A DNA stretch of 64,000 nt, from assembly GCA_963827275.1 (NCBI GenBank), contig CAWHAA010000008.1, positions 64,001 to 128,000 on the forward strand. Reading direction: 5' to 3'. Shown one piece after another: positions 9,908 to 19,349 of this stretch. The translations under genes were made by a program, and so were the position numbers. The DNA is from an uncultured Spirochaetota bacterium. GTDB lineage: Bacteria; Spirochaetota; UBA4802; UBA5550. Position 1 is the first letter of the stretch. Each line of letters opens with the position of its first letter. The notes beneath the pieces were generated by a model, which searched no databases, was not told where the DNA came from, and saw only the letters and a program-made list of their open reading frames with translations.

Positions 9908-12145
9908 TCAGTCGATCCGTTTCATGACCACCATGGTCAGATCATCATCATACTGGTACTCCCTGAGCTCCCGCAGTATGGAGTCCTTGATCACATCGGT
10001 GGATTCCTTTCCATTTTTCTCAAGCGTCCGTTCAAGCCGCTCCACGCCGAACATATCTTCTTCGAGACGCATGCCCGTCGTCTGAGGCGCGGAGCGGAGC
10101 CAGGCTTCGGTTATGCCGTCGGTATAGAGAAGGAGCACATCGCCGGATTCCATGCTGATGCTTGAGTTTTCACTCGGCGACCATTGCACGTCATTGAGGC
10201 CGAGCCATATCCCGTTGGTCACCACCTTGTCGACCTTTCTGCGGGCCGCGCGGTAAATCAGTATATCCTGGTGCAGGCCCGAATGATACAACCTGCCGTC
10301 CCGGAGGCAGGCAAGCACGGTTATGGTCATGTACTTGTCTTCATCAAGCAGTTCTATATTTTCCGAGATCACCTTGTTTACATGGGTGAGCAGCATGTTG
10401 GGCATAAGGCCGGGCGAGCCCTCCAGGACCGTATGGATGGACGTCTGCACCATCATCATGATAAGGCCCGCGGGCACCCCGTGGCCGGAAACATCCCCGA
10501 TCACCACCCAGTCCATGCCTTCCACGTTGATGATATCGTAATAATCGCCGCCCACCTCGTCCGCGGGCTGCATGAAAGCGGAAATCTCATAGCCGTTAAT
10601 CAGGGGGTGCTTCGGCAGAAGCATGGTCTGTATCTTTTTCGCGAGCTGCATCTCTCCCCAGAGCGAGTCCCTCGTTTTTACCAGGTTCTCGTTCATCACC
10701 GCCATCTCTTCATTGGCCGCCTGAAGCTCCGCCGTCCTCTCCATGACCTTTATCTCAAGGCTGTCCTTGAGCGTCGAGAGGTTGGTGTACAGGATTGAAT
10801 TACCCAGGGAGATGGACGTGGCGTTCCTCAGGTTGTTGATGAACTGAACCTCGTCGTCGGTGAGGGGCCGCAGGTCCGGCTTTTCCGACATCGCGATCAC
10901 GCCAAGCAGCTCGTTGTTGTTGACGAGCGGCACAAGGAAGTTCGCATCGTCCATGGCGAACAATCCGGCAAGGCCGCCGCGAACGTCCCGGTAATCCTCA
11001 TGTATATCAACCGTGCCTTTGTCGAGGAGCCCGTCATGGCCGGCAAGCCAGGGGATCAGCCCCGGATCGACGTCATGGTTAATTTTTTCCATACTCATGA
11101 ATACATTCGATTCCTTGTCGCGCAGATACACATCGACCATTTTTAACGAGAGGGATTTTTTGATTATGCCCCGCACCTGGACCAGCAACTCGCCCAGCGT
11201 TTTGAGAGATGAAATGTTGTTTATAAAATTCGATTCTATCGACCGGAGATCGTACTTCCTCCTGTTGAAAATTTCATTTATTAACGGTTGTACCAACCGT
11301 ATATACACAAGGTTTACCGCAAACCAGACCAGTATGATGAAGAACAGGAATGCCGGCACAATTTTTATAAGATATGAATACATGAAATAGAACAGCAGGA
11401 TATTGGGCACGAGTATGAGGGACGACGTTACCACCCATATGAACGTGACATGGAGCACGCTCCGTATATCCATAAGCCGGTGGCTGAGGATGCCGTACCC
11501 GAGAAACCCGAGGGGGATGAAGACCATGGTCCCGAAGGGGTAAAAGTCGATGCCGTTTATCGCCGGAATATTGGACACGGTAAGCAGGAATCCCATGATG
11601 AACGACATGTGGAGATATTTATATTTCAGCCTTATGACAGGGTTTTTTTCAGTCCTCATCTTTATTATAAAAAGAACGATAAAATGCAGGATGACAACCG
11701 TGCCGTAAAAACCAAATATCTGAAAGGCGATCCCGCCCTTCGCGATATATCCCCAGCTGTAGGTATACAGGCCGTTGAAGTAATAATCGGTCAGGGTGCT
11801 TAATGAGAGGATGAAACTCAATGCAAAAGTGAGAGGAACGACAAATCGTATTCTCGTGTTGGTTATTTTATAGAAATAGACTATATAGATCGGCGGCACA
11901 TACACATAGAAAAAATGTATGGCGCGTTCAATTTTCAGTATCAGCTCTTCATTTCCCTTGAGCAGGTGGTGGCAGATAAACGCCGGCGTGAGCAGGATCA
12001 TCCATATGACCACCACGGAAAACATGACATTTTCGAATTTCAGCTTCCCTCTGTAAATAGATATAAACGCGAGAGTAAGGCCGAAAATCAGTGAGAGAAG
12101 CGGAGGTATAATGTAGATGTTTAATCTTGACAGGAGTTCTTCCAA
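9908..12145 (-). CDS. SpoIIE/PP2C-type phosphatase with N-terminal multi-TM sensor and GAF-like domain
   Basis: EVGGDYYD, IGDVSGHG, LLYTDGITEA, DDLT motifs; multiple N-terminal TM helices. Confidence 0.92.
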   Translation of the reverse strand: MEELLSRLNIYIIPPLLSLIFGLTLAFISIYRGKLKFENVMFSVVVIWMILLTPAFICHHLLKGNEELILKIERAIHFFYVYVPPIYIVYFYKITNTRIRFVVPLTFALSFILSLSTLTDYYFNGLYTYSWGYIAKGGIAFQIFGFYGTVVILHFIVLFIIKMRTEKNPVIRLKYKYLHMSFIMGFLLTVSNIPAINGIDFYPFGTMVFIPLGFLGYGILSHRLMDIRSVLHVTFIWVVTSSLILVPNILLFYFMYSYLIKIVPAFLFFIILVWFAVNLVYIRLVQPLINEIFNRRKYDLRSIESNFINNISSLKTLGELLVQVRGIIKKSLSLKMVDVYLRDKESNVFMSMEKINHDVDPGLIPWLAGHDGLLDKGTVDIHEDYRDVRGGLAGLFAMDDANFLVPLVNNNELLGVIAMSEKPDLRPLTDDEVQFINNLRNATSISLGNSILYTNLSTLKDSLEIKVMERTAELQAANEEMAVMNENLVKTRDSLWGEMQLAKKIQTMLLPKHPLINGYEISAFMQPADEVGGDYYDIINVEGMDWVVIGDVSGHGVPAGLIMMMVQTSIHTVLEGSPGLMPNMLLTHVNKVISENIELLDEDKYMTITVLACLRDGRLYHSGLHQDILIYRAARRKVDKVVTNGIWLGLNDVQWSPSENSSISMESGDVLLLYTDGITEAWLRSAPQTTGMRLEEDMFGVERLERTLEKNGKESTDVIKDSILRELREYQYDDDLTMVVMKRID

Positions 12146-12239
12146 ATTTCTTCTTACCTCCGTCGCAATACTATTACCGTTACATCGTCATTGCAAGTAT
12201 AATTTTCAAGCGTTTCGAAAATTGCGGCCCTTATCTCTT

Positions 12240-12366
12240 AATATATAGGAATCTGTTGCCTCATCAGTACAAGCCCAGGGGACACAAAGCATTTTATATG
12301 AAGCTGCTTCCTCTCAAGTGAAGCCGCCTCCAACATAAAAAAGCGCTGGACAGGAGCTTAAAATTT
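12240..12366 (+). repeat. 127-bp direct repeat R3
   Basis: Identical to the other full copies. Confidence 0.98.
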
Positions 12367-12367
12367 T

Positions 12368-12493
12368 AATACTCGGGGAAATACACCCTCATAGGTTGAG
12401 GCCCATGCGATTGAATGCATTTTATCAGCAATTACTTCCTCTTAGATTAAGCCCCCTCAGGCACAAAAAGCGCTGGACAGAGGCTTAATATTT
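12368..12493 (+). repeat. Full-length diverged copy of the repeat, in tandem with R3
   Basis: Aligns over full length with one gap, about 86/127 identities by hand count; keeps gcattttat, cttcctct and aaaaagcgctggacag. Confidence 0.9.
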
Positions 12494-12549
12494 TTCTTTT
12501 ATTTTTCTGTTTTATCTGTTTCATATAAAAATTTTTCATAACCTCTTTT

Positions 12550-14184
12550 TCAGCGTATTATACACCTATAAACCATTAATCTCTCACAATCATCATCAAA
12601 CGCAACGACCGGCATATTGTCAGTCCCGACTGCTATAGAGCAATCATAGGCATAACCATAATCTATTATACCGATGGTTTGCCATGTGATTCCCGATACC
12701 CATTTCGCAACATGAACATCCGTATCAGAAATAGTATATTGCACGGTGGCAACCACCGGCCTGCCATCCGTACCAATAGCAATTGCTTTTCCGGATTCAT
12801 CATATATACTGGCAAGTCCGTAATCAATCAATGTTGAATCATCTCCACCCTTCATCACGTGGGCGCGATAATCGTTATCGCCATCGGTGAACATGAATAT
12901 CGGCAGGTTGTCCTGGCCCATCACAATAACCGGATTATATCCATTGGGAGTCAAATATCCTGGGTCTAACCAGGCAGTGCCGGAATCCCACATGAGCAAG
13001 CCCAATTTATAATCATTACTGTTATCCTGATATATCAGGGAAGGTTTATTGTTATTAGCCACAGCTAACGAGAAATGATTCATGGTGTAATCATCGAATA
13101 TACCCATGTCACTCCATGAAACACCGGATTCCCATTTAAAGGCTCTTATAAAATAACCCCAGTCCCAGTATTTAAGAAGGACGACGGGCCTGTCGTCAGG
13201 CCCGATGGCGATTTTCTTTTCCTGTAATTCGCCCCCCACAAGGCCAAGATCATCCCAGGAAGTGCCGGAATTCCATTTCATGACATGAGCCTTACCCCCA
13301 TTGGAACTATCCCTGTAAACGATGACTGGCTTACTGTCTGATCCAACCGCAAGTTCAGCCAAATAGTCATCGAAATAACCAAGATCATCCCAGGAATTTT
13401 CAGCATTCAATTTATACACGTGCATGCGCAATAAACCGTTTATCTCATCCTCGAAAGCTACAATCGGCCTATTATCCGGACCGATGAGTATTTTTTCATT
13501 CACGACATATTCCACATCCGGAAAGCCAAGATCCTCGAAAATGTTATAGCGGGCAATAGATATATCAGAATCGAATTTATCCTCTTTATACGCGTATGCC
13601 CTTACTTCCGTCATGGCATCAATTGTTGCAATATTTCCCGTTATCGCAGTGCTGCTCGTCTTCGGATCAGAGCCATCTGTTGTATATTTTATTGTGGCAC
13701 CTTCCGTTGAAGAAATTGTAACTTTCTGCGGTCCTACATATGAACCTGAAAGGGGATTGAATGCCGGAGTCGAACAGGCAGACCAGTTTATTGTATAGGC
13801 GGCTGTTGCAATTTCGCTTTCATGATGAAGCCGTGTTATCGCAATGGCCTTTATGGTGACCGATGTCCCATTTCCTGAAACCCGAATCGGTTCTTTGTAG
13901 ACCTTCGACCGAATATCCGGATCGCTCCCGTCAGTTGTGTAGTACACCGTAGCCCAATCGAGCATGCAATAAATTTCTACTTCCAGATCATGGTCATAGG
14001 TACCTGGCAAGGGGCTGAATTCCGGCGGGAATACATAGCCCGATTCGGAATAAGAAAAAAAGGGTCCACTATTGACTTTATTGGAATCGCGTTTGCAGCT
14101 GAAAGGGAAAATAGTTATGCATATGATTAATAACGCATAAAATGTATTTATATGTCGTATGTTTAATTTATTCGGCATGCCCAC
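12550..14184 (-). CDS. Lipoprotein with two chitobiase/Fn3-associated domains and a repetitive beta-rich C-terminus
   Basis: FPFSC lipobox; two YTTDGSDP motifs; repeated IAIGxDxxPVV / KWxSGxSWxDLG units. Confidence 0.82.
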   Translation of the reverse strand: MGMPNKLNIRHINTFYALLIICITIFPFSCKRDSNKVNSGPFFSYSESGYVFPPEFSPLPGTYDHDLEVEIYCMLDWATVYYTTDGSDPDIRSKVYKEPIRVSGNGTSVTIKAIAITRLHHESEIATAAYTINWSACSTPAFNPLSGSYVGPQKVTISSTEGATIKYTTDGSDPKTSSTAITGNIATIDAMTEVRAYAYKEDKFDSDISIARYNIFEDLGFPDVEYVVNEKILIGPDNRPIVAFEDEINGLLRMHVYKLNAENSWDDLGYFDDYLAELAVGSDSKPVIVYRDSSNGGKAHVMKWNSGTSWDDLGLVGGELQEKKIAIGPDDRPVVLLKYWDWGYFIRAFKWESGVSWSDMGIFDDYTMNHFSLAVANNNKPSLIYQDNSNDYKLGLLMWDSGTAWLDPGYLTPNGYNPVIVMGQDNLPIFMFTDGDNDYRAHVMKGGDDSTLIDYGLASIYDESGKAIAIGTDGRPVVATVQYTISDTDVHVAKWVSGITWQTIGIIDYGYAYDCSIAVGTDNMPVVAFDDDCERLMVYRCIIR

Positions 14185-14315
14185 CCCCCCAAAGGAATTG
14201 AATTATTAGACTTTTTATATGCTAATCCCCACAAGAGGTTTCTGTATATCTTGGATATCAATAATTAACTATTATTCAACAAGCATAATGATGGAAGAAT
14301 TTATGATTGTTCTTT

Positions 14316-14933
14316 TCATATAATCTCCCCGCTACTTGCTAAAGACGAGTATTCGTCTTTAACTCTGAAAAGAACGCCGAGGTTGACAAAGGGCTCGATT
14401 CTGGCCGTATATTTTCGGCCATCATTACCTTTCCATTCAAGCAATCCCACCCTGGCTCCACAATCAAGACTAAGAGTAATCAATTTCGCCATATTATAAT
14501 TGAACCCCCAAGCAAGCCCTAAATTGGTTCCAAAATGCTTATCATAAAAATCATATGAAAAATGTACATGTGGGCCGAGCCAGAACCTGAAATTTTGAAG
14601 TCGTACGATCCCGAAACCGAAGGAATTTTGCATATTTAGAAAATTATGATTCTCTTTAGCAACATAGAATTTTTTTTCATGAAGATAATTTTTCCTCTGC
14701 AAATTTGTGTAATCCAAATGCATACGATAATTGAACAGATTGTTTTTTGCAACAGTGGTGTCAATGATGAATCCCGCGCCAAGAAACATTCTATCACTGT
14801 ATTCATCTTCATGATATCCTCTATGGAACGTGGCCCCACCAGTGAGATGTACGCCGAGACCCACAGCATATGATTTTACTGTAATGAGCATAACAACGAA
14901 ACTCAAGAATAATACTAATGCATTTTTTTTCAT
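14316..14933 (-). CDS. Putative outer-membrane beta-barrel protein
   Basis: Signal peptide MKKNALVLFL..SYA; alternating beta strands; PFVNLGVLF near C-terminus. Confidence 0.65.
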   Translation of the reverse strand: MKKNALVLFLSFVVMLITVKSYAVGLGVHLTGGATFHRGYHEDEYSDRMFLGAGFIIDTTVAKNNLFNYRMHLDYTNLQRKNYLHEKKFYVAKENHNFLNMQNSFGFGIVRLQNFRFWLGPHVHFSYDFYDKHFGTNLGLAWGFNYNMAKLITLSLDCGARVGLLEWKGNDGRKYTARIEPFVNLGVLFRVKDEYSSLASSGEII

Positions 14934-14955
14934 AAAGCATACTCCAATGCAGCAT

Positions 14956-15555
14956 TTACATATTGTTTTCAGCTGAGAGATCAATGAACCAAGCACTACC
15001 ACATCCTTCATTTAACATCTTCATGAGACTAAGCTTAACCACAAAGCCTTCTCTTTTCCAAATATAATTTTTTTCTCTTGGATCACCTGCTTGAAGATCA
15101 TAATGTATTATCGAGGATGATGCATCATACTCACCAATTTCATTTTTCAATTGCAAATAAATTTTATAAAAAAGTTTTTTATTGTATTTATAATCAATTT
15201 GATGGCATATTGAAGCATAACCTTTTTTCGAACAATAGATACATTCCTTTCTGAAATCAGTGGGTTGGATAATAATTTGTTTAATCTTATTTTTTTTTAT
15301 GTCAGATATTATTCTTATTCTTACACTTCCTATATCATGCCATCTACTATAGGAATAATTGATTATACCTTTTTCTTCAATTTTATTAATTAAATCATCA
15401 GTTGAAACTCTACTTTCATAAAAGTTAAATGGTTTAAATATCATAGGTAGATTCATCGAATTCTTACTAGTCACTTCAGTTGAATTTGAACAAAAAAGTG
15501 ATATAATAATCGATAAAAATGAAACAGTGAATAATTTATTAATTTTAATTCCCAT
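14956..15555 (-). CDS. Hypothetical lipoprotein, candidate immunity protein
   Basis: Very AT-rich; SLFC lipobox; RBS aggag; directly follows the M23 fragment. Confidence 0.6.
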   Translation of the reverse strand: MGIKINKLFTVSFLSIIISLFCSNSTEVTSKNSMNLPMIFKPFNFYESRVSTDDLINKIEEKGIINYSYSRWHDIGSVRIRIISDIKKNKIKQIIIQPTDFRKECIYCSKKGYASICHQIDYKYNKKLFYKIYLQLKNEIGEYDASSSIIHYDLQAGDPREKNYIWKREGFVVKLSLMKMLNEGCGSAWFIDLSAENNM

Positions 15556-15567
15556 GATAATCTCCTA

Positions 15568-16137
15568 TTATTCTGGATCTGGATTCTCCCAAATCCTATT
15601 GTCAATCGGTTCGGTGTTAATATCCTGAAAAAAAGGAGCTGGATCAAGCCAGTTTGATGTTGGTTGGGCATTTGTACCTGGAGGATTATCAATATCACTT
15701 ATACCAAAATGAAGGTGATCTTCGCCTAGTTTTGTCAATCCTTCAGCTGAAGTATTACCTGTCCTGGCTATCTTTTGACCCTGTTTAACTGGATCTCCAA
15801 CTTTAACATCTCTCTCAATTAAATGAGAATTCCATGCATAAAACGTCTTTCCATCCATTTGCATTTTATATCTCATACCACCCCAATTTCCTGTAAAAAA
15901 ATCATATAATCTATTGCCAATTGTGTAATTATATGTAAATTTATAAACGACTAATTGGCCATAACCCTTAGTATTATACTCTGATCTAACAACAACACCA
16001 TTCCCAACAGCATAAACATTTTGACCTATATTGGCCCTTAAATCTACAGCACCATGACCATATAGCCCTGAATATCTATTATGTGTTCCAAACATATTCG
16101 AAATAGGATCGAATCGTCCACACTGATGGCTTCTTAT
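15568..16137 (-). pseudogene. M23 metallopeptidase C-terminal domain, probably truncated toxin gene
   Basis: HGAVD (HxxxD), SHL and HLHF motifs; frame is open up to the R2 junction, where an in-frame TAA occurs; no signal peptide. Confidence 0.75.
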
Positions 16138-16139
16138 TT

Positions 16140-16266
16140 AATATATAGGAATCTGTTGCCTCATCAGTACAAGCCCAGGGGACACAAAGCATTTTATATG
16201 AAGCTGCTTCCTCTCAAGTGAAGCCGCCTCCAACATAAAAAAGCGCTGGACAGGAGCTTAAAATTT
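16140..16266 (+). repeat. 127-bp direct repeat R2
   Basis: Identical to the other full copies. Confidence 0.98.
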
Positions 16267-17024
16267 AAGCCCGTGAAGACGAGGAACAAACAGCTCAAGC
16301 TTTTCAATGAATTTACCAGGCGATGGGTTTTCAATTCTCATGCGTATGATGCTGAACGCTACATTCAGGACCATGGCGATTTTCAATTATCCTAGGAGGT
16401 TTTCTTGTTAATTATTAGAGTTTTCATTCACCCTAAAGGGGTCGTTGGTTGGGCTACCTGGTCTCGAGGCAGCGCCGGATAGCGCACGGGGCCTGCTACC
16501 CTGCTCCTTCTCCGTGTTCCGAGCCTTTGGCTTGGTGAGTAGTGTTATGCTTTGTGTTCCGGTTCTCTGCCGGCCAAGGGATTAGTACTGGTTGTCGTGT
16601 GCAGGATTAGCGTCAGTTGGGCAGGGCCGACATGGTTTCCAGTAATAAAAAAACCGGGTCATACGAAAAACCAATCAATGAAAGAAATAAAATATGCTGA
16701 TATCAATATTGGGATATTTTCAAGTAAAAAGAAATAATATCTGAGGCCTTCTGCTGATTTAGGAAGTCTCAATACATTAAAATGATAAAATATTAATATA
16801 TATGGCTAAACCCAATAGAGGACTCAAATGGAATATTTAAAAACAGTGAATTTCCTTTAAATCCACTATTTATATCATAAAATCCATTTTGAAAGGTATT
16901 TAGAAATGGATTTGTGCCAGTCAACAGGCATAGTAAATGAACCACCTACACCTAAACCGAAACTTAAATTTATAGCCCAATGCCTATTCATTGAAACACC
17001 AAATCCACCACCCGCCCAAAGAAT

Positions 17025-17678
17025 TCAATGAATATGCATTGGCTCCCTTGCTCTACTTCTAATAAGTAAATAAAAAGCATCTTCTCTTTTATTTAAATTA
17101 TCATTGTCTTCAAAAAATAATGAATAATATTTATCCAAAGAAATCAATTCAATAGAAGAAATATCTTGAGGCCGTGATCTCCAAACAGTAGCAAAATGTA
17201 TATTACTAGATTGACCGCTACTATTTTTATAATATTCCTTATTACCCTCTTTAAATTTATCAATTAAAATTTTTAACACTGAGTTATAATAATTATTATA
17301 AAATTCAATTTCTATCTCAATACTATTATCCATTGGAGCGAAATGGTAAACTACTCTTGATATTTTATTTTTATCAAATCCAGAACCAATAAAATATTTT
17401 GTTTTGATACATATTGGAGCATTTAATAAATCATTTGTTTTTACAGAATCGCCATAGGGATTGAAACCACTAAATGGAATGCCTTTCCCCCTTAAAATCC
17501 GAACAACTTTTCTGCTTGTTAATTTGCTAATATCAATACCAAATATTATATCAGGAAAAGTAATATACATTTTCTGATTATCATCAGATAATCCACCTGA
17601 TTTCTTACAACTAAATATACTCAACAAAAAACATAAAATGAAAATCTTTGGCATACTATTTTTTATATTAATAACCAT
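17025..17678 (-). CDS. Hypothetical lipoprotein, candidate immunity protein
   Basis: SIFSC lipobox; AT-rich; start overlaps the stop of the upstream toxin-like fragment. Confidence 0.62.
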   Translation of the reverse strand: MVINIKNSMPKIFILCFLLSIFSCKKSGGLSDDNQKMYITFPDIIFGIDISKLTSRKVVRILRGKGIPFSGFNPYGDSVKTNDLLNAPICIKTKYFIGSGFDKNKISRVVYHFAPMDNSIEIEIEFYNNYYNSVLKILIDKFKEGNKEYYKNSSGQSSNIHFATVWRSRPQDISSIELISLDKYYSLFFEDNDNLNKREDAFYLLIRSRAREPMHIH

Positions 17679-17863
17679 AATCCCAACCCCAACTATACCT
17701 GAATATTATTGCATTTCCAAAGCCCCCGGTAGGACTTACATCTAAATAATCCCATAGAAGGTTAAAACTACTTCCAAAACCTGTAATACAACCCCATGAA
17801 CCACTATTATATAGTGACCCATCAGGATAGTAAGGACTACTTGTATCGTATGAGCCTATTCGA
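17668..17863 (-). pseudogene. Truncated 3' end of a toxin-like gene (GSWGCI motif)
   Basis: Frame enters from within repeat R1; the SxGCI motif recalls L,D-transpeptidase-fold toxin C-termini; coupled to the downstream lipoprotein. Confidence 0.5.
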
Positions 17864-17990
17864 AATATATAGGAATCTGTTGCCTCATCAGTACAAGCCC
17901 AGGGGACACAAAGCATTTTATATGAAGCTGCTTCCTCTCAAGTGAAGCCGCCTCCAACATAAAAAAGCGCTGGACAGGAGCTTAAAATTT
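17864..17990 (+). repeat. 127-bp direct repeat R1, transposase-proximal
   Basis: Identical copy 126 bp downstream of the transposase stop; on the transposase strand it ends ...gattcctatatatt, resembling the TTCCTAT core of IS91/ISCR oriIS ends. Confidence 0.98.
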
Positions 17991-18116
17991 GGCGCGCGCT
18001 GCGAAAATTGAGAAAAATTTTTGAAAATGTGTAAAGAAAACCTACCCGCGAATAGTACAACAGCGGTTTGTCAAAATAGCAAGAAATTTTTGGGAATTAT
18101 TGAGAGAAATCAAGCA

Positions 18117-19349
18117 TCAAGGCCCCTTTTTCATCCTGAAATACCCGCCGACAAGAAGATGTGTCTTCCAGAGTTTCCTCCATTCCCTGTCGGCAAAATA
18201 CGCAAAAACAACTGATTCTGCCATGTATGCGCCACAGTCGGGGCAGATCTCAGGATTTGTGTCGAAAGAATGCTCTATGGCGTGCGCCCAGGTCTTTCGG
18301 GTTATCTGATCTAGCTTGTGTTTAATGCCATGCGCATATATCCCATAGTATCGTATCGCTTTGCGGTGCTTATCAGGCAGATAAAAGAGCATTCTTGCCA
18401 TGAATTCGTAAACGTCCAGGGTCATTTCAGAGTAGGTCTTTTCTTTCGTGTTACGGTCAACCCAGCTTTTATATCTGAACGTTATTTTCGCTTTATTATG
18501 GTTTATGCCTGTTATCATGCTGTTGTGGAAGTATCCGGCCGCGAGGTACTCGGCGGTGCGAAATAATACTTCGTTATTTGTGCCGATTACAGGCTGTAGA
18601 TGCACATGAAAGCCGTTTTTATATTTTTCCCTGATTATACGAACTTCTTCTTCGGATAGTATCCCGTTTTTCCCCAATAGGCGAAGTACGGCATTCATCC
18701 ATGAAAAGCGGATTCTTCGGTAGTTCAGGAGCGGTGAGCGGAGTATCTCTCCTGTTAATGTATTCACCAGCTCCCGCGTGCCGATCAGGTGCACATGCGG
18801 ATTGAAGTTCAGGGCATTGCCACACTTGTGCAGGGTGGCGATGCTGCCTGATTGCCATTCCCTGCCGGGATTACCCGTGCTTTTCAGGAGCTCCTTCCAG
18901 TACACGCCGGCCGCCGCGGTGATTAGGTCCTCGCACGGGAAGCGTCTTTCGAAGAGCGCCCGGGTCACCGGCCCGGGCAGGGTGAAGGTGACGTGGAAAT
19001 GAGTCAGGGTCGTGTGCATGACCTCCGACAGGTTCATGGACCAGCCGTACAGCTTTTTCCGGTGGCAGGAGAGGCAGAGACGGGATTTGCAGGTGAATGG
19101 TACCATGAGGACCGTGCCGCACTCAGGGCACACGTGCTTCCGGAACCCGTTTCGGTAGTCTCCGCACGAAAGGAGCTTCAACACCTCGGATATCTTCTCT
19201 TCGGTAAGATCGCCATAGAGGGGCGCAAAGTTTTTCTGATATTGCTCCCTGAATTCATGCCAGTATCGCTGCCATACTCCCTTGTATAGGGACTGCCTGT
19301 CCATCCCGGGCCGGTAGGGCGGCGTGATGTCGCTTGTGCGAAGGTACAT
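18117..19349 (-). mobile_element. IS91-family (HUH, rolling-circle) transposase with zinc-binding domain
   Basis: CPECG...PFTCKSRLCLSC, HVTFTLP, FNPHVHLI (HUH), EYLAAGY, IRYYG, C-terminal CPDCG; intact 410 aa. Confidence 0.93.

Noticed and set aside
12127..12321. Short ORFs ending YRNLLPHQYKPRGHKAFYMKLLPLK (also 7857-8327) and the start of ORF 17668-17916
   Set aside because: These residues are translations of the repeat itself, not genes.
1886..17990. CRISPR array or integron cassette array
   Set aside because: Repeats are 127 bp with kb-scale inserts and no cas genes are present; there is no attC-like palindrome with GTTRRRY cores, no IntI, and inserts break mid-gene.
1886..17990. Independent MITE insertions
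   Set aside because: No terminal inverted repeats or target duplications, flanks do not rejoin, and all exact copies are co-oriented and clustered. Not fully excluded without the rest of the genome.
17991..18116. Sigma70 promoter firing into the array
   Set aside because: TTGACA and TACTAT occur on the minus strand but only 11 bp apart; no convincing spacing.
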